This document shows positions 19,419 to 29,323 of a DNA stretch of 64,000 nt, one piece after another (the stretch's first letter is position 1; the number at the start of each line of letters is the position of its first letter). Made by a program: the position numbers and the translations under genes. The notes below the pieces were generated by a model that ran no database searches, was not told where the DNA came from, and saw only the letters and a list, made by a program, of their open reading frames with translations. The DNA is from Marispirochaeta sp. (GTDB lineage: Bacteria > Spirochaetota > Spirochaetia > JC444 > Marispirochaetaceae), in NCBI GenBank assembly GCA_963676835.2, contig CAXXFF010000003.1, positions 512,001 through 576,000 on the forward strand. The letters are read 5' to 3'.

Positions 19419-20612
19419 ATGACACATCGGGAAAGGATGACAGCAGCTGTAAACAAACAACCGGTAGACGAAATTCCCTGGGCACCGCGGATGGATCTGT
19501 GGTATATCGCAAACCGTGCATCGGGAACACTGGAAAAGCGTTTTGAAAACAAAAATACAGTGGAAATAGCCCGGGAAATGGGGATAGGTTGCCATGCGGT
19601 AAGGGCAGATTATACCCTTAAGCGGCCTAAAGAAGATTTAATACTGAGGGGATTCGGTCTGGACAATCACCCGGACTATCCCTTTCGCATAGAACTGAAA
19701 AAGTTTCCCGTGGAATTTGAGGCTGACGCGGAAAATCTGAAAACAACCATTAAAACACCCGCCGGGGAACTTCATACTCATATCTGGACATCTCTGGATA
19801 TGCTGAAAGACGGGATTTCCCTTCCCTTTGTAAAATCATACCCAATAGAAAGCAAGGATGACTTTGAAGCTGTCGCCCAGGTTTTTGAAAACCTCGAAAT
19901 AATACCCACTCCGGAGAACTATAAAGCCTTTCAGGACCGTACAGGAGATCAGGGCCTTACCATGGCCCATGTTCTCTCTGCGGCATCACCAATTCATCTT
20001 ATGCTCCACGATATGATTAACATGGAGCAGTTCTATTACATGTATATGGATCACCGGGATGAGATGCATGCTCTGGCAAAACGGATGGATGTGTTTTTTG
20101 AAAAAGCTCTCGATGCCGCTCTTGCCTGTGATTCAGAGGTTTTCCAGTGGGGAGCCAATTATGATCAGAATACTACCTACCCCGGGTTCTTTGAAGAAGA
20201 AATTCTTCCCTGGCTGAACAGGGCCGGCGGAAAGGCCGAGAAAGCCGGCAAAAAACTGCTTTCCCATACGGACGGAGAAAACAAGGATCTCTTTGCTCTC
20301 TACAGGGGCAGTGGAATCCATGTAGCAGAATCCGTTTGCCCGGCACCAATGACAAAATCATCCTTGAAAGAGATACGGGAAGAAATGGGAGAGGATATAA
20401 CCGTATTCGGTGGAATTCCTGCGGTAGCCCTGATGGAAGAATCCATGGATGACAAAGAGTTTAACCGTTATATGGATACCCTTTTTGAGGAGCTAGGCTC
20501 AGGCAGAGGACTCATTCTCGGAGTCTCAGACAATGTTCCTCCCAGGGCAAGTATGCAGAGAATGGAAAATGTTAAAGAACGTATCAAACAGTTTGGTCCG
20601 GTAAGTTTCTGA
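19419..20612 (+). CDS. uroporphyrinogen decarboxylase / MtaA-CmuA methyltransferase family protein
   Basis: 'MTHRERM...PVDEIP', 'FFEEEILPW', 'SHTDG', 'VFGGIP', 'LILGVSDNVP'. Confidence 0.85.
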   Translation: MTHRERMTAAVNKQPVDEIPWAPRMDLWYIANRASGTLEKRFENKNTVEIAREMGIGCHAVRADYTLKRPKEDLILRGFGLDNHPDYPFRIELKKFPVEFEADAENLKTTIKTPAGELHTHIWTSLDMLKDGISLPFVKSYPIESKDDFEAVAQVFENLEIIPTPENYKAFQDRTGDQGLTMAHVLSAASPIHLMLHDMINMEQFYYMYMDHRDEMHALAKRMDVFFEKALDAALACDSEVFQWGANYDQNTTYPGFFEEEILPWLNRAGGKAEKAGKKLLSHTDGENKDLFALYRGSGIHVAESVCPAPMTKSSLKEIREEMGEDITVFGGIPAVALMEESMDDKEFNRYMDTLFEELGSGRGLILGVSDNVPPRASMQRMENVKERIKQFGPVSF

Positions 20613-20665
20613 ATAAGGTCTATGTCATCAATTTCGGTTGATGAAAAAATATTTGGAGGTAATTT

Positions 20666-21670
20666 ATGAAACGACTTATCATTGCAGCAGTGGTATTGAT
20701 GGTTATTCTGCCCTGTCTTTTTGCAGGCGGAAGCCAGGATGGCGGAGAAGAGACAAAAACCTATAAATTCATTTATGGGTGCGGCGACGCTGTCGGTTCT
20801 TTGAATGAAAAGACCAATGCAAAAATGGTGGAACTTCTGCGGGAGAAGAGCAACGGTCAGATAGAAATCGACTGGTATCCCGGAGGACAGCTGGGCAGTC
20901 ACATGGAGCAGATCCAGAGCACTATGGGAGGCACACAGGCTCTATTCGGAGCGGTGGGCGACTGGCTTTCAAACTGGGACAAGGATTTTAATCTACTTTC
21001 CTGGGGATTTACATTCCGTGACCGTGATCATGCCCAGAAATTCCTTCAGTCAGACCTGTATAAAAAAATGACCACAAAACTTGAGGAAGAGCAGAATGTT
21101 AAGATTCTCGGTACAGTGGCGACAGACCCCAGAATTCTCTTCAGCAAAACCCCGGTAAAGACCCTTGGCGATATTGAAAACAAAAAGATGCGGGTTCCCG
21201 AAATTGAAGCCTATCTCAGACTCTGGGAAGCCCTGGGAACACGCCCCACCCGGGTCGCATGGGCAGAAGTCTATATGGGACTGAAACAGGGAGTTGTAGA
21301 TGCCTGTGAAGGACCTGTAGTAGCAGCCTATTCCAATAAGTTCCATGAAGCCGCCCCCTACGTAACCCTCACCCGCCACATAAACTCTACATTCTTCATT
21401 ATGATGAACGGTGATGCATGGAAAAGTCTTACACCGGAACTGCAGGCAGTTGTACAGGAATGTGCAGATGAAGCCCTTGAGTACTGCGGCAGTGAGTCAC
21501 AGAAATGGGTTAATGAAGCTCTGGACAAAATGAAAGCGGAAGGGGCAACACTGATCGAAGTTGACAACATAGCGGAATGGCAGAACAAGGTTCAAGGCGC
21601 CACAGCAGCTATGGAAGAAAAGGGTATGTTTTCTGCAGGACTGGTTGAACAAATCCAGGCAATAAAATAA
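20666..21670 (+). CDS. dctP: TRAP transporter substrate-binding protein
   Basis: 'YPGGQLG', 'KMRVPE', 'EVYMGLKQGVVD'; signal peptide. Confidence 0.93.
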   Translation: MKRLIIAAVVLMVILPCLFAGGSQDGGEETKTYKFIYGCGDAVGSLNEKTNAKMVELLREKSNGQIEIDWYPGGQLGSHMEQIQSTMGGTQALFGAVGDWLSNWDKDFNLLSWGFTFRDRDHAQKFLQSDLYKKMTTKLEEEQNVKILGTVATDPRILFSKTPVKTLGDIENKKMRVPEIEAYLRLWEALGTRPTRVAWAEVYMGLKQGVVDACEGPVVAAYSNKFHEAAPYVTLTRHINSTFFIMMNGDAWKSLTPELQAVVQECADEALEYCGSESQKWVNEALDKMKAEGATLIEVDNIAEWQNKVQGATAAMEEKGMFSAGLVEQIQAIK

Positions 21671-21699
21671 AGCGCCTGTCGGGATAATTTACCATGGAT

Positions 21700-21727
21700 A
21701 ACAGGGGCCTTGATAAAGGTCCCTGTT
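21700..21727 (+). terminator. intergenic stem-loop between dctP and dctQ
   Basis: AACAGGGGCCTT...AAGGTCCCTGTT. Confidence 0.55.
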
Positions 21728-21772
21728 TAATAACTACACAATTTTGCTGGTACATAATTAAAAGGAGGAAGC

Positions 21773-22309
21773 ATGAATAAAGCGCTTCGGATCTATGGAC
21801 GATGTATCGAAGGGCTTGGCATGGTTCTCAAATCCATCGGAATTCTACTTATATTTTTTATTGTTCTTTCCATATTCGTGCAGGTTGTTTCCCGGTATCT
21901 GTTCAACCGCCCCCATGTCTGGGTGGAGGAATTTGCTACCTACTGTTTTATCTGGCTTGTTTTTATCGGTGCGGCTTTTGCCCATGTTAAAGGCCGTCAC
22001 ATAATAGTAACAACTTTGATAGACAGTCTCAGCAGACGGGTTCAACTTGTTCTTTCCATATGTGCCAATATCGCTATTCTCACTTTTCTGTTTTCACTGA
22101 TACGCTTCGGCTTCAAACAGTTTGCAACAGAAATGCCGCTGCACTCAATTGCACTGCCCGTCCGTCTGCCCCGGCCTCTGTTTTATTCCTTACCGTTTTT
22201 AATAGGCACAATCTCGATGTTCATTATGACTGGGTACAACCTCCTGCTGAATCTTCAAGAGATCTTTTCTTTAAAAAACCATACCGAGTTAGAGGAGGTT
22301 GAAAAATGA
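21773..22309 (+). CDS. dctQ: TRAP transporter small permease
   Basis: 'QVVSRYLFN...WVEE...FIWLVFIGA...HI'. Confidence 0.92.
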   Translation: MNKALRIYGRCIEGLGMVLKSIGILLIFFIVLSIFVQVVSRYLFNRPHVWVEEFATYCFIWLVFIGAAFAHVKGRHIIVTTLIDSLSRRVQLVLSICANIAILTFLFSLIRFGFKQFATEMPLHSIALPVRLPRPLFYSLPFLIGTISMFIMTGYNLLLNLQEIFSLKNHTELEEVEK

Positions 22310-23586
22310 TTGTAGCACTGCTTTTCGGCGGTTTGTTTGTTCTGGTTTTTCTCGGCCTGCCTGTCGCATTTTCCATCGGCATTATTACCTTTGGAAACCT
22401 TCTGATAAAAGGTGTTCCTCTGACCATTATGGTCCAGCGGATGACCAACGGACTGGATTCCTTCCCGTTTCTGGCAATTCCCCTCTTTATCCTGGCGGGT
22501 AACCTGATGAATCAGGCCGGAATTACGGACAAGATATTCTCCTTCGCTCTCAGCCTTGTGGGACATATCAGAGGAAGTCTTGCCCACGTTAATGTTGTGA
22601 CCAGTATTATTTTTGCCGGTGTATCCGGTGTGGCACAGGCAGACACAGCCGGTCTCGGTGTAATAGAAATGAAGGCAATGGAAAAAGCCGGCTACGACAA
22701 GGCTTTTTCTGCTGCGGTTACAGCAACATCATCTATCATCGGGCCGATAATTCCACCTTCTGTTATTATGGCTGTATTTTCCGTGGTTGCAGGAATTTCC
22801 CTGGGCAAGCTTTTTGTTGCAGGTTTTATTCCCGGATTGATAATGGGCGGAAGCATGATGGTGCTCATTTATATTTATGCCATCACCGGGAGAATTAAGG
22901 GCGAAGTGTATCCCCGGCCTCCGTTTAAAACAATAGTGAAGAATTTTATCGGAGCCCTGCCGGCCCTGGTTACTCCCGTAATTCTTGTTGTCGGTATGAT
23001 CGCAGGTGCTGCTACCCCTACCGAACTTGGTGCAATCTGCGTGGTCTACGGCATCCTATTGGCAGTGTATTACAGAACATTCTCCATAAAGATGATTATG
23101 GATGTTTTCTCGGAAACCCTGCAGATGGTAGGAATACTGGTTCTGGTTATTGCCGTTGCCTTTCCTTTTTCCTGGCTGGTGGCAACCTATAACATTCCTA
23201 TTCTGCTGGTGAATATACTTGAACCATTTAAACACAATGTCTGGCTTATTCTGTTAATTCTGAACATTGTTCTTTTGTTTCTGGGAATGTTCATGGAGAC
23301 TACAGCGATACTGCTCATTATGGTTCCCCTGCTCTTTCCCCTGGCAACAAGCATTGGAATAAATGAAGTTCATTTTGGAATGATAGTAATCATCAACCTG
23401 TTGATTGGTGCGGTAACCCCGCCTTTCGGTATGTGTCTGTATATTGTAACGGATATTGCCAAGGTGCCTTTTGTGCAGGTGGTAAAGGCCTCTCTGCCTT
23501 TTCTGATTCCCCTGATGTTTACCCTTTTTCTGGTAACCTACTGGCCGGATATGGTGGTATTTCTACCGAATCTTTTATTTAAATAA
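22306..23586 (+). CDS. dctM: TRAP transporter large permease
   Basis: 'LAIPLFILAG', 'GPIIPPS', 'ATPTE', 'TPPFG'. Confidence 0.95.
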   Translation: MIVALLFGGLFVLVFLGLPVAFSIGIITFGNLLIKGVPLTIMVQRMTNGLDSFPFLAIPLFILAGNLMNQAGITDKIFSFALSLVGHIRGSLAHVNVVTSIIFAGVSGVAQADTAGLGVIEMKAMEKAGYDKAFSAAVTATSSIIGPIIPPSVIMAVFSVVAGISLGKLFVAGFIPGLIMGGSMMVLIYIYAITGRIKGEVYPRPPFKTIVKNFIGALPALVTPVILVVGMIAGAATPTELGAICVVYGILLAVYYRTFSIKMIMDVFSETLQMVGILVLVIAVAFPFSWLVATYNIPILLVNILEPFKHNVWLILLILNIVLLFLGMFMETTAILLIMVPLLFPLATSIGINEVHFGMIVIINLLIGAVTPPFGMCLYIVTDIAKVPFVQVVKASLPFLIPLMFTLFLVTYWPDMVVFLPNLLFK

Positions 23587-23592
23587 ACAATT

Positions 23593-23628
23593 AAAAAGGC
23601 GGACTTAAAGAGTCCGCCTTGTATTTTT
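23593..23628. terminator. bidirectional terminator between convergent dctM and ulaG
   Basis: AAAAAGGCGGACT-TAAAG-AGTCCGCCTT then gtattttt. Confidence 0.75.
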
Positions 23629-23718
23629 CTGTTCACCTTTTTTTACACCTTTTTACCTTTTTAACTTTTAAAAACTTTCCATCAATTTTTTCCATTTTTT
23701 AATTTTCAGCACAACTAT

Positions 23719-24792
23719 CTAAAGAAATGATTTAAACGGAATATTGGGTTCCTGCTCCATAGCATCGGTAAATCCTCTGGGGTATTTATACCGGTTTTTA
23801 TCCAGATCTGTGGGGTAAACATATTTTCCCCCCGGTGCCCATATATACAGTTTGAACTTATAATCCAGCAGATCTTTCTTGTAATCGTACAGAACTTTAA
23901 TTTCGTTGGGGTCGGCATAATAGGCAGGCCAGATGAGATAGTGGATGGGAATTATTACCTTGCAGTCAAGGTTTTCTCCCAGCCTTAAAATATCCGAGGC
24001 ACTGACTTTGTCGGAGATACCCCTGGGGTTTTCTCCGTAAGGTGCTACAGCCACATCTATATCAAAATGCTTACCGTGCCTGAGGGTGTAGTTGGAAAAA
24101 TGTGAGTCACCGCTATGATAAAAAGTACCACCTGGAGTTTTAATCAGATAATTTACGGAACGCTCATCCATATCATCCGGCAGACGGCCCACAATGCTGC
24201 CCATGGGAGGGGCTGTCACCAGGCAGGTCTTATCGAAAGACTCAAGCACGTGTATTTCCGTATCCTTGAACTTTAGAACATCCCCGGGCTTTACCATTAT
24301 AATCCTGTCTTCAGGAACACCCCATTCAAGCCATTTATCCCGGCAGAATGCAGGGCCTACAAAAGGGACATCCGGCAGCTTTAAAATAGCTCCGGAGCTG
24401 TAAATATCCATGTGGTCCATATGACTGTGAGTCGCCAGAAAAGCATCTATTTTTTTAATTTCAAAGGGATCGATATAATGGGGAATATTTCTTGGATTGA
24501 GATGAAACTGGTTACTGCCGGCTATCCGTGCAAGTGCATAATTTGAGCCTCTCGAACTTTCCGGTACATTATAATGTGATGTTTTTGCATTGCCGGAATA
24601 TAGATCGACACAGATATTGCAGTCCCCTTCCGACTTTATCCAGATACCTGTGCAGCCAAGCCACCATGATGCAAAGGTTCCTTTATCGACAACTGTCTCT
24701 TCGATGTCTTCAATAAGCCATCGTCCCCATTCGGGAAAACAGTCCATCAACCACTTCTCTTTCGTAATATTGCGTACATTATTTGTGTTCAT
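23719..24792 (-). CDS. ulaG: L-ascorbate-6-phosphate lactonase-like metallo-beta-lactamase
   Basis: 'FPEWG.WL.E.IE', 'WWLGCTGIW', 'THSHMDH', 'YHSGDSH', 'YGENPRG', C-terminal 'NIPFKSFL'. Confidence 0.9.
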   Translation of the reverse strand: MNTNNVRNITKEKWLMDCFPEWGRWLIEDIEETVVDKGTFASWWLGCTGIWIKSEGDCNICVDLYSGNAKTSHYNVPESSRGSNYALARIAGSNQFHLNPRNIPHYIDPFEIKKIDAFLATHSHMDHMDIYSSGAILKLPDVPFVGPAFCRDKWLEWGVPEDRIIMVKPGDVLKFKDTEIHVLESFDKTCLVTAPPMGSIVGRLPDDMDERSVNYLIKTPGGTFYHSGDSHFSNYTLRHGKHFDIDVAVAPYGENPRGISDKVSASDILRLGENLDCKVIIPIHYLIWPAYYADPNEIKVLYDYKKDLLDYKFKLYIWAPGGKYVYPTDLDKNRYKYPRGFTDAMEQEPNIPFKSFL

Positions 24793-25045
24793 TTTTCCTC
24801 CTTAATACTGTTTCTTTCTCTTTGAATTCTTTGTTAGTTATTTTTAGATGAAATAAGATATTTCTTATTATAGCATGGATTTATCTTTATCATACTTAGT
24901 TTTTTTAACCTGTTTCAGAGCATTCTGCCGGTTCGGCATCTACAGTCCTGCACCACTTATCACAGTACTATTATGCTACTACTCACAGTGACTGCATTTA
25001 TTAATTCTTGTGAACAGCAATATGCCGTGTTAAAATCCGGCTATT

Positions 25046-26170
25046 ATGACGGGTATTGATTTTACAGAAGATGATAGTGGAAAAGTTTTTCTTGGTTTTC
25101 AGGCGGTATTCTGGTTAGCAGTCATCTGGGCTATATACAGACTGGTAAGCATGCATTTCGGGTATGATGATGACAGCCCCATATTCAGCCATTTTTTATA
25201 TGTTCTCTTTGCACTCTTTATCTGCACCCCGGTAGTGGCGATAGGCTTTTTTATTCTGCTTTTATATATAGGCTTGCAGGAGAAAATTCCCGTCCTAATC
25301 CGACTGGCTGTGCCGCTGGCAATTACGCTTGCAGTTACCTACTTCGCCCTTCAGGGTAACTGGAAAATTATACCCTTTACCGAGAAACTGGAGCAGCGAC
25401 GTATTCTCTATCTTTGGGATTCATTTGCCGTAATGAATTTAAGCATCTTTCTTTTCAACCTGTTTAATCTTCCCAAAAGTAATTCACAGGACCGTGTTGC
25501 CAATCTCCTTATTGCACTTCTTACCCTGGCTATTGGCGCCGGTACGGGATATGGAATCTATTTAGCAGTACTACTGATGATGTCCACAGGACCTGACATT
25601 TTCCTGGTCCTTGGAATAATACTTTTAATTTATCCCACATTTTTACTGCCCTTCGCGGTAATAGTAAAGCGGATTATTGGTCCCCTTCTGCATAAAGGTG
25701 AATCCGGTAAATGGAATAACTTTCCACGCCGGGTTTTCAGAAGGTTTCAATATCTTATCTCCTTTCCACTGTACTATGCTTTTTCTATTGCACTAACCCT
25801 CTCATTAAAAGGTTTTAATGGAGATGTTGGGGAAACATCCGGTGCGGTTATTGTAAGGGTCAACGGCGTGGTACAGTCCGGATCAAGTGCCCTGTCTGAT
25901 GGAATAACTGCTGTAGCAGCGCCAATTATATTACTTCTCATAGTGTATATGACCTATATTCTTTCTGCAAAAAATCTTATTCAGCTGTTCAGTCCGTTGA
26001 ACGATAAACACTCTGTTAGTATGGATACATCGGGAGCTCGGTCTTTTTTTGACAAACTACTATTGATTTCAGAGGAAGAGGCTGAAAATAATTCCAGGTT
26101 GCACCTGGTGGTGTTCAAGATAATGATGGTAGTTGCCGCAGTCGTGCTGTTTGGGATAGGTTTTATCTAA
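25046..26170 (+). CDS. hypothetical polytopic membrane protein
   Basis: About 9 hydrophobic segments in 374 aa. Confidence 0.75.
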   Translation: MTGIDFTEDDSGKVFLGFQAVFWLAVIWAIYRLVSMHFGYDDDSPIFSHFLYVLFALFICTPVVAIGFFILLLYIGLQEKIPVLIRLAVPLAITLAVTYFALQGNWKIIPFTEKLEQRRILYLWDSFAVMNLSIFLFNLFNLPKSNSQDRVANLLIALLTLAIGAGTGYGIYLAVLLMMSTGPDIFLVLGIILLIYPTFLLPFAVIVKRIIGPLLHKGESGKWNNFPRRVFRRFQYLISFPLYYAFSIALTLSLKGFNGDVGETSGAVIVRVNGVVQSGSSALSDGITAVAAPIILLLIVYMTYILSAKNLIQLFSPLNDKHSVSMDTSGARSFFDKLLLISEEEAENNSRLHLVVFKIMMVVAAVVLFGIGFI

Positions 26171-26177
26171 AAAGCTA

Positions 26178-26256
26178 CACCTTTTAGCACAGCTCCTGTA
26201 TAAGGTAAATAATGTACTCCTCTGGTACCTTTTGTCGGTAAGATTGCTACCTTTTG
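26178..26256 (+). promoter_or_regulatory. putative response-regulator binding boxes
   Basis: TACCTTTTG at 26226 and 26248 (22-bp spacing); CACCTTTTAG at 26178. Confidence 0.4.
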
Positions 26257-26326
26257 CCAATATCACCAGTTCCTCCATATTAATACACTTTCACTGTATG
26301 GATTATTTCATATGGTGAGGTGAGCA

Positions 26327-29314
26327 ATGATACAACACCACAGGTTAGCAGTGGTAATTCTTTTAATTCTGCCCTTTCAGTTTCTTTCAGCCCAGAATTT
26401 TAATACTGATATCAGAAAAGCAGCTGAAAATGATCTATTCAGGGGAGACCTTCTTGCTGAAGATCTTAAGACTGTGAGGAATCAAACCTGGGAGGAGGTA
26501 TCATTATCTCTTCTGGTTCAGGATGTGGAAGCGGAAGCAAAGGCAGCCGGACTGGAATCGTTCAGTCTGAATATTTCAAATAATTCAATTAATATTATAT
26601 ACCGGGATATTCGATTCCTGCCGAACTCCGCGGAACTTACGCCGGAGACGAGAGAAAAGATAAGCAGTCTAACCCGTATTTTGAATCGTTTTTCCCGGAT
26701 GAGCCTTCTGGTTAAAGGACATACAGCAAAGCTGTCGCCGGAAGATACCGATGACGGACTGCTGCTCTCCGAACAGAGGGCGCAGTCGGTTGCAGGTTCG
26801 ATTGCAGCTTCAGGATTTTTCAGTGCCGAACAGATAGAATCAGTCGGCAAGGGGTTCTATGAACCGGTAGCGGACAACTCAACTTCTGAGGGCAGAGCTC
26901 TTAACCGCCGTGTAGAGATATCCATTGTGGGCTCCATGAATCAGAATGCCGATGAGAGTATGGTCTGGTGGAATTTCCTGAGCGAATCAATGCACCCCGG
27001 TTATACGGCATATCTCGTACACCATAACAAGCTTGAAGAAGTAAAAACAGCGGCAGATTCATCGGGAATAGCCGGTCTTACTTTCGCAGAAACTCCTGCC
27101 GGTATAGGTATTCTGGATGATTCAATCTCATTTCAGGGGGATGGAGCACCCGACTCAGCAAGCCTTGAGCGGATGCAGAACCTCGCAAAGGTTCTGTCTC
27201 TGGTTGATTCCGAAGCAGAGGCCAGAATAGGCGGATACGGATCGGAACTGCCTGCAGAAAAGATAGAAGAACAGCTCTTTCTTACGGCTTATACACTTGG
27301 TGTAATCGCCGGATTAAAGAGTGATAATATTATCTACGGTTCCGCTCCGTATACGCTTCACAAAGCGACAGCCGAGCTCGCATCCTGCAGTATCTCAACA
27401 CCGGACGGAACCCCTGTTGTAATAAATAGTACAGGAGAGTCCTACTTCGCCGTTGTTCCCTTTTCTGTGAATTCAATAGCAATCGATTTCACCCCGGCCG
27501 ACACGGCGGCGCTTATTTCAGGCCTCCCGGAAGGCTATTTTGAGCTTGTTCCGGGGATTAATGAAATATCGGTAAAGGCAGAATCTTCCGCCGGGTCCCG
27601 AAAAATCTCAAAGAAATACAGCCTGTCGGTGCAGAGACAGAAGGCTGAGCCGCTGGCCTTATCCCTGGCAGCAAACGATATGCCCCTGTCAATCAGTCCG
27701 GATTTTTCTGCGGATATTAAACTTTACTCCGCACATATTCCCGTAGAAACTGCCAATGTCGAAGTTTCGCTTTCATTATTACCCGAGGATCGTGCTGCCG
27801 GTGCGGTGACAGATATTGTGAAGGAATATGAGGAAGAGCTTGCATTCGGAAAAAATACCATTATGCTTGTTCTTTCTGACGGTTATTCTGAAGATGATAT
27901 CTACACCATTGAGGTATACCGGCAGGCACCGGCTGCAACAAGCCTTGCACAGGTTTCGGCAGTATCTGACCAGGGCGGTTCTATCGAACTTATACCGGAG
28001 TTCAGCCCGGATATTTTTTCCTACCGCGCCTTTGTTCCCTATCTGGTAGAGTCTGTTTCGATAGATCTTGTTCCTGCGGATACATATACTGTACTGGAGG
28101 CTGATCATGCGGAATATCAGTTGTCCGTGGGAAAAAATGAACTGGCAACAATTGTTACCGACCAGCTCGGCAGCTCATTCACTGAATATAAATTGCTAAT
28201 CGAACGTGCTGCACCTGCGGTAACAACACTTGATAATGTGTCAGTTCTATCCTCCGACGGCAGTAATATTGAGCTAATCCCCGCGTTCAGCCCCAATGTA
28301 ACATCATACCGCGCTGTGGTTCCCTATTCGGCAGAATCCGTTACCATAGATCTTGTTCCGACCGATAATGACGCCCTGTTACAAACCGATCATGCCGAGG
28401 TTCCGATATCGGTGGGAGATAATGAGTTTGCAACCCTTATTACAGACCAGTCGGGCAATTCCGCAGCAGAATATAAGTTAGTAATTGAGCGTTCGGCACC
28501 GGCTCTTTCCAGACTGGAAATTACGGGGAAAGGTCAGGAAGGAAAAATCTTCATGGTTCCGGATTTCAATCCTGAAGTTACCAGGTACAACGTGTTGGTA
28601 CCATACTCCGTAAACAGTGTCGAACTTGCCGCAGCCCTTGGTGAAAACGACCGTAAAGCCGGTGCTTCAATGGAAGTACTGCCTGACAACGGTAAAGAGC
28701 TGCCTGTCGGAACATGCGAAAAAATTGTACGTATACAATACGCCGACGGAAAATCTCTTGACTATCTGGTTGAGGTTACCCGCGAAGAAAAACAGGAGAT
28801 CACATTTGATATTTTCGGAATAAGTCTGCTGCCTGAATGGTATGTGACTCCGTCGCTTTCATTCTATACAGGCGGCGCGGGTTTCAAGCTTAACGGGGGC
28901 ATGACTGTAAGAGTTTCAGAAGAATCCGATGTTGATGACCGTTTACTGCCCTTACGGGTTGGACTTGGCGCCCATGTTCATACCGGAGCCGGAAATTATC
29001 TGACCATTCTTTCCGGCGGTCTCTATCTTAGCGGAGAATACATCTTCAGTACCGAAAGCTTTCTTCCGTCTGACTGGTATTTCCCCAGAAGCATAATTCC
29101 AAGAGTGGAGACGGGGTTTGCGTATTATGGAATAGATTATACCGAGGGCATTTATCACGAAGGTCCGGCATTCTATCTTTCTCCCGCGGTGAGAACTGAT
29201 TTTGTTCTTCCCCTACTGAAAGAGATGACATTCGGCCTGGATATTTCCTACACGGCCTATATCAGTTCACTGCCAATAACCTACCTCAGCCTCGGCGTTA
29301 ATGTCGGCAGGTAA
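26327..29314 (+). CDS. OmpA-family peptidoglycan-binding domain + about 5 cadherin-like beta-sandwich repeats + putative C-terminal beta-barrel
   Basis: Signal peptide; 'IRFLPNSAEL...KGHTA...LSEQRAQSV...GRALNRRVEI'; repeats 'L.PxFSPxxxSYxAxVP...Y.L.I.R'; C-terminal alternating aromatic/hydrophobic strands. Confidence 0.85.
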   Translation: MIQHHRLAVVILLILPFQFLSAQNFNTDIRKAAENDLFRGDLLAEDLKTVRNQTWEEVSLSLLVQDVEAEAKAAGLESFSLNISNNSINIIYRDIRFLPNSAELTPETREKISSLTRILNRFSRMSLLVKGHTAKLSPEDTDDGLLLSEQRAQSVAGSIAASGFFSAEQIESVGKGFYEPVADNSTSEGRALNRRVEISIVGSMNQNADESMVWWNFLSESMHPGYTAYLVHHNKLEEVKTAADSSGIAGLTFAETPAGIGILDDSISFQGDGAPDSASLERMQNLAKVLSLVDSEAEARIGGYGSELPAEKIEEQLFLTAYTLGVIAGLKSDNIIYGSAPYTLHKATAELASCSISTPDGTPVVINSTGESYFAVVPFSVNSIAIDFTPADTAALISGLPEGYFELVPGINEISVKAESSAGSRKISKKYSLSVQRQKAEPLALSLAANDMPLSISPDFSADIKLYSAHIPVETANVEVSLSLLPEDRAAGAVTDIVKEYEEELAFGKNTIMLVLSDGYSEDDIYTIEVYRQAPAATSLAQVSAVSDQGGSIELIPEFSPDIFSYRAFVPYLVESVSIDLVPADTYTVLEADHAEYQLSVGKNELATIVTDQLGSSFTEYKLLIERAAPAVTTLDNVSVLSSDGSNIELIPAFSPNVTSYRAVVPYSAESVTIDLVPTDNDALLQTDHAEVPISVGDNEFATLITDQSGNSAAEYKLVIERSAPALSRLEITGKGQEGKIFMVPDFNPEVTRYNVLVPYSVNSVELAAALGENDRKAGASMEVLPDNGKELPVGTCEKIVRIQYADGKSLDYLVEVTREEKQEITFDIFGISLLPEWYVTPSLSFYTGGAGFKLNGGMTVRVSEESDVDDRLLPLRVGLGAHVHTGAGNYLTILSGGLYLSGEYIFSTESFLPSDWYFPRSIIPRVETGFAYYGIDYTEGIYHEGPAFYLSPAVRTDFVLPLLKEMTFGLDISYTAYISSLPITYLSLGVNVGR

Positions 29315-29323
29315 GGAGTAAAA

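Noticed and set aside
23630..23710. T-rich stretch with ACCTTTT units
   Set aside because: Low-complexity 3' intergenic DNA between convergent genes with no consistent period
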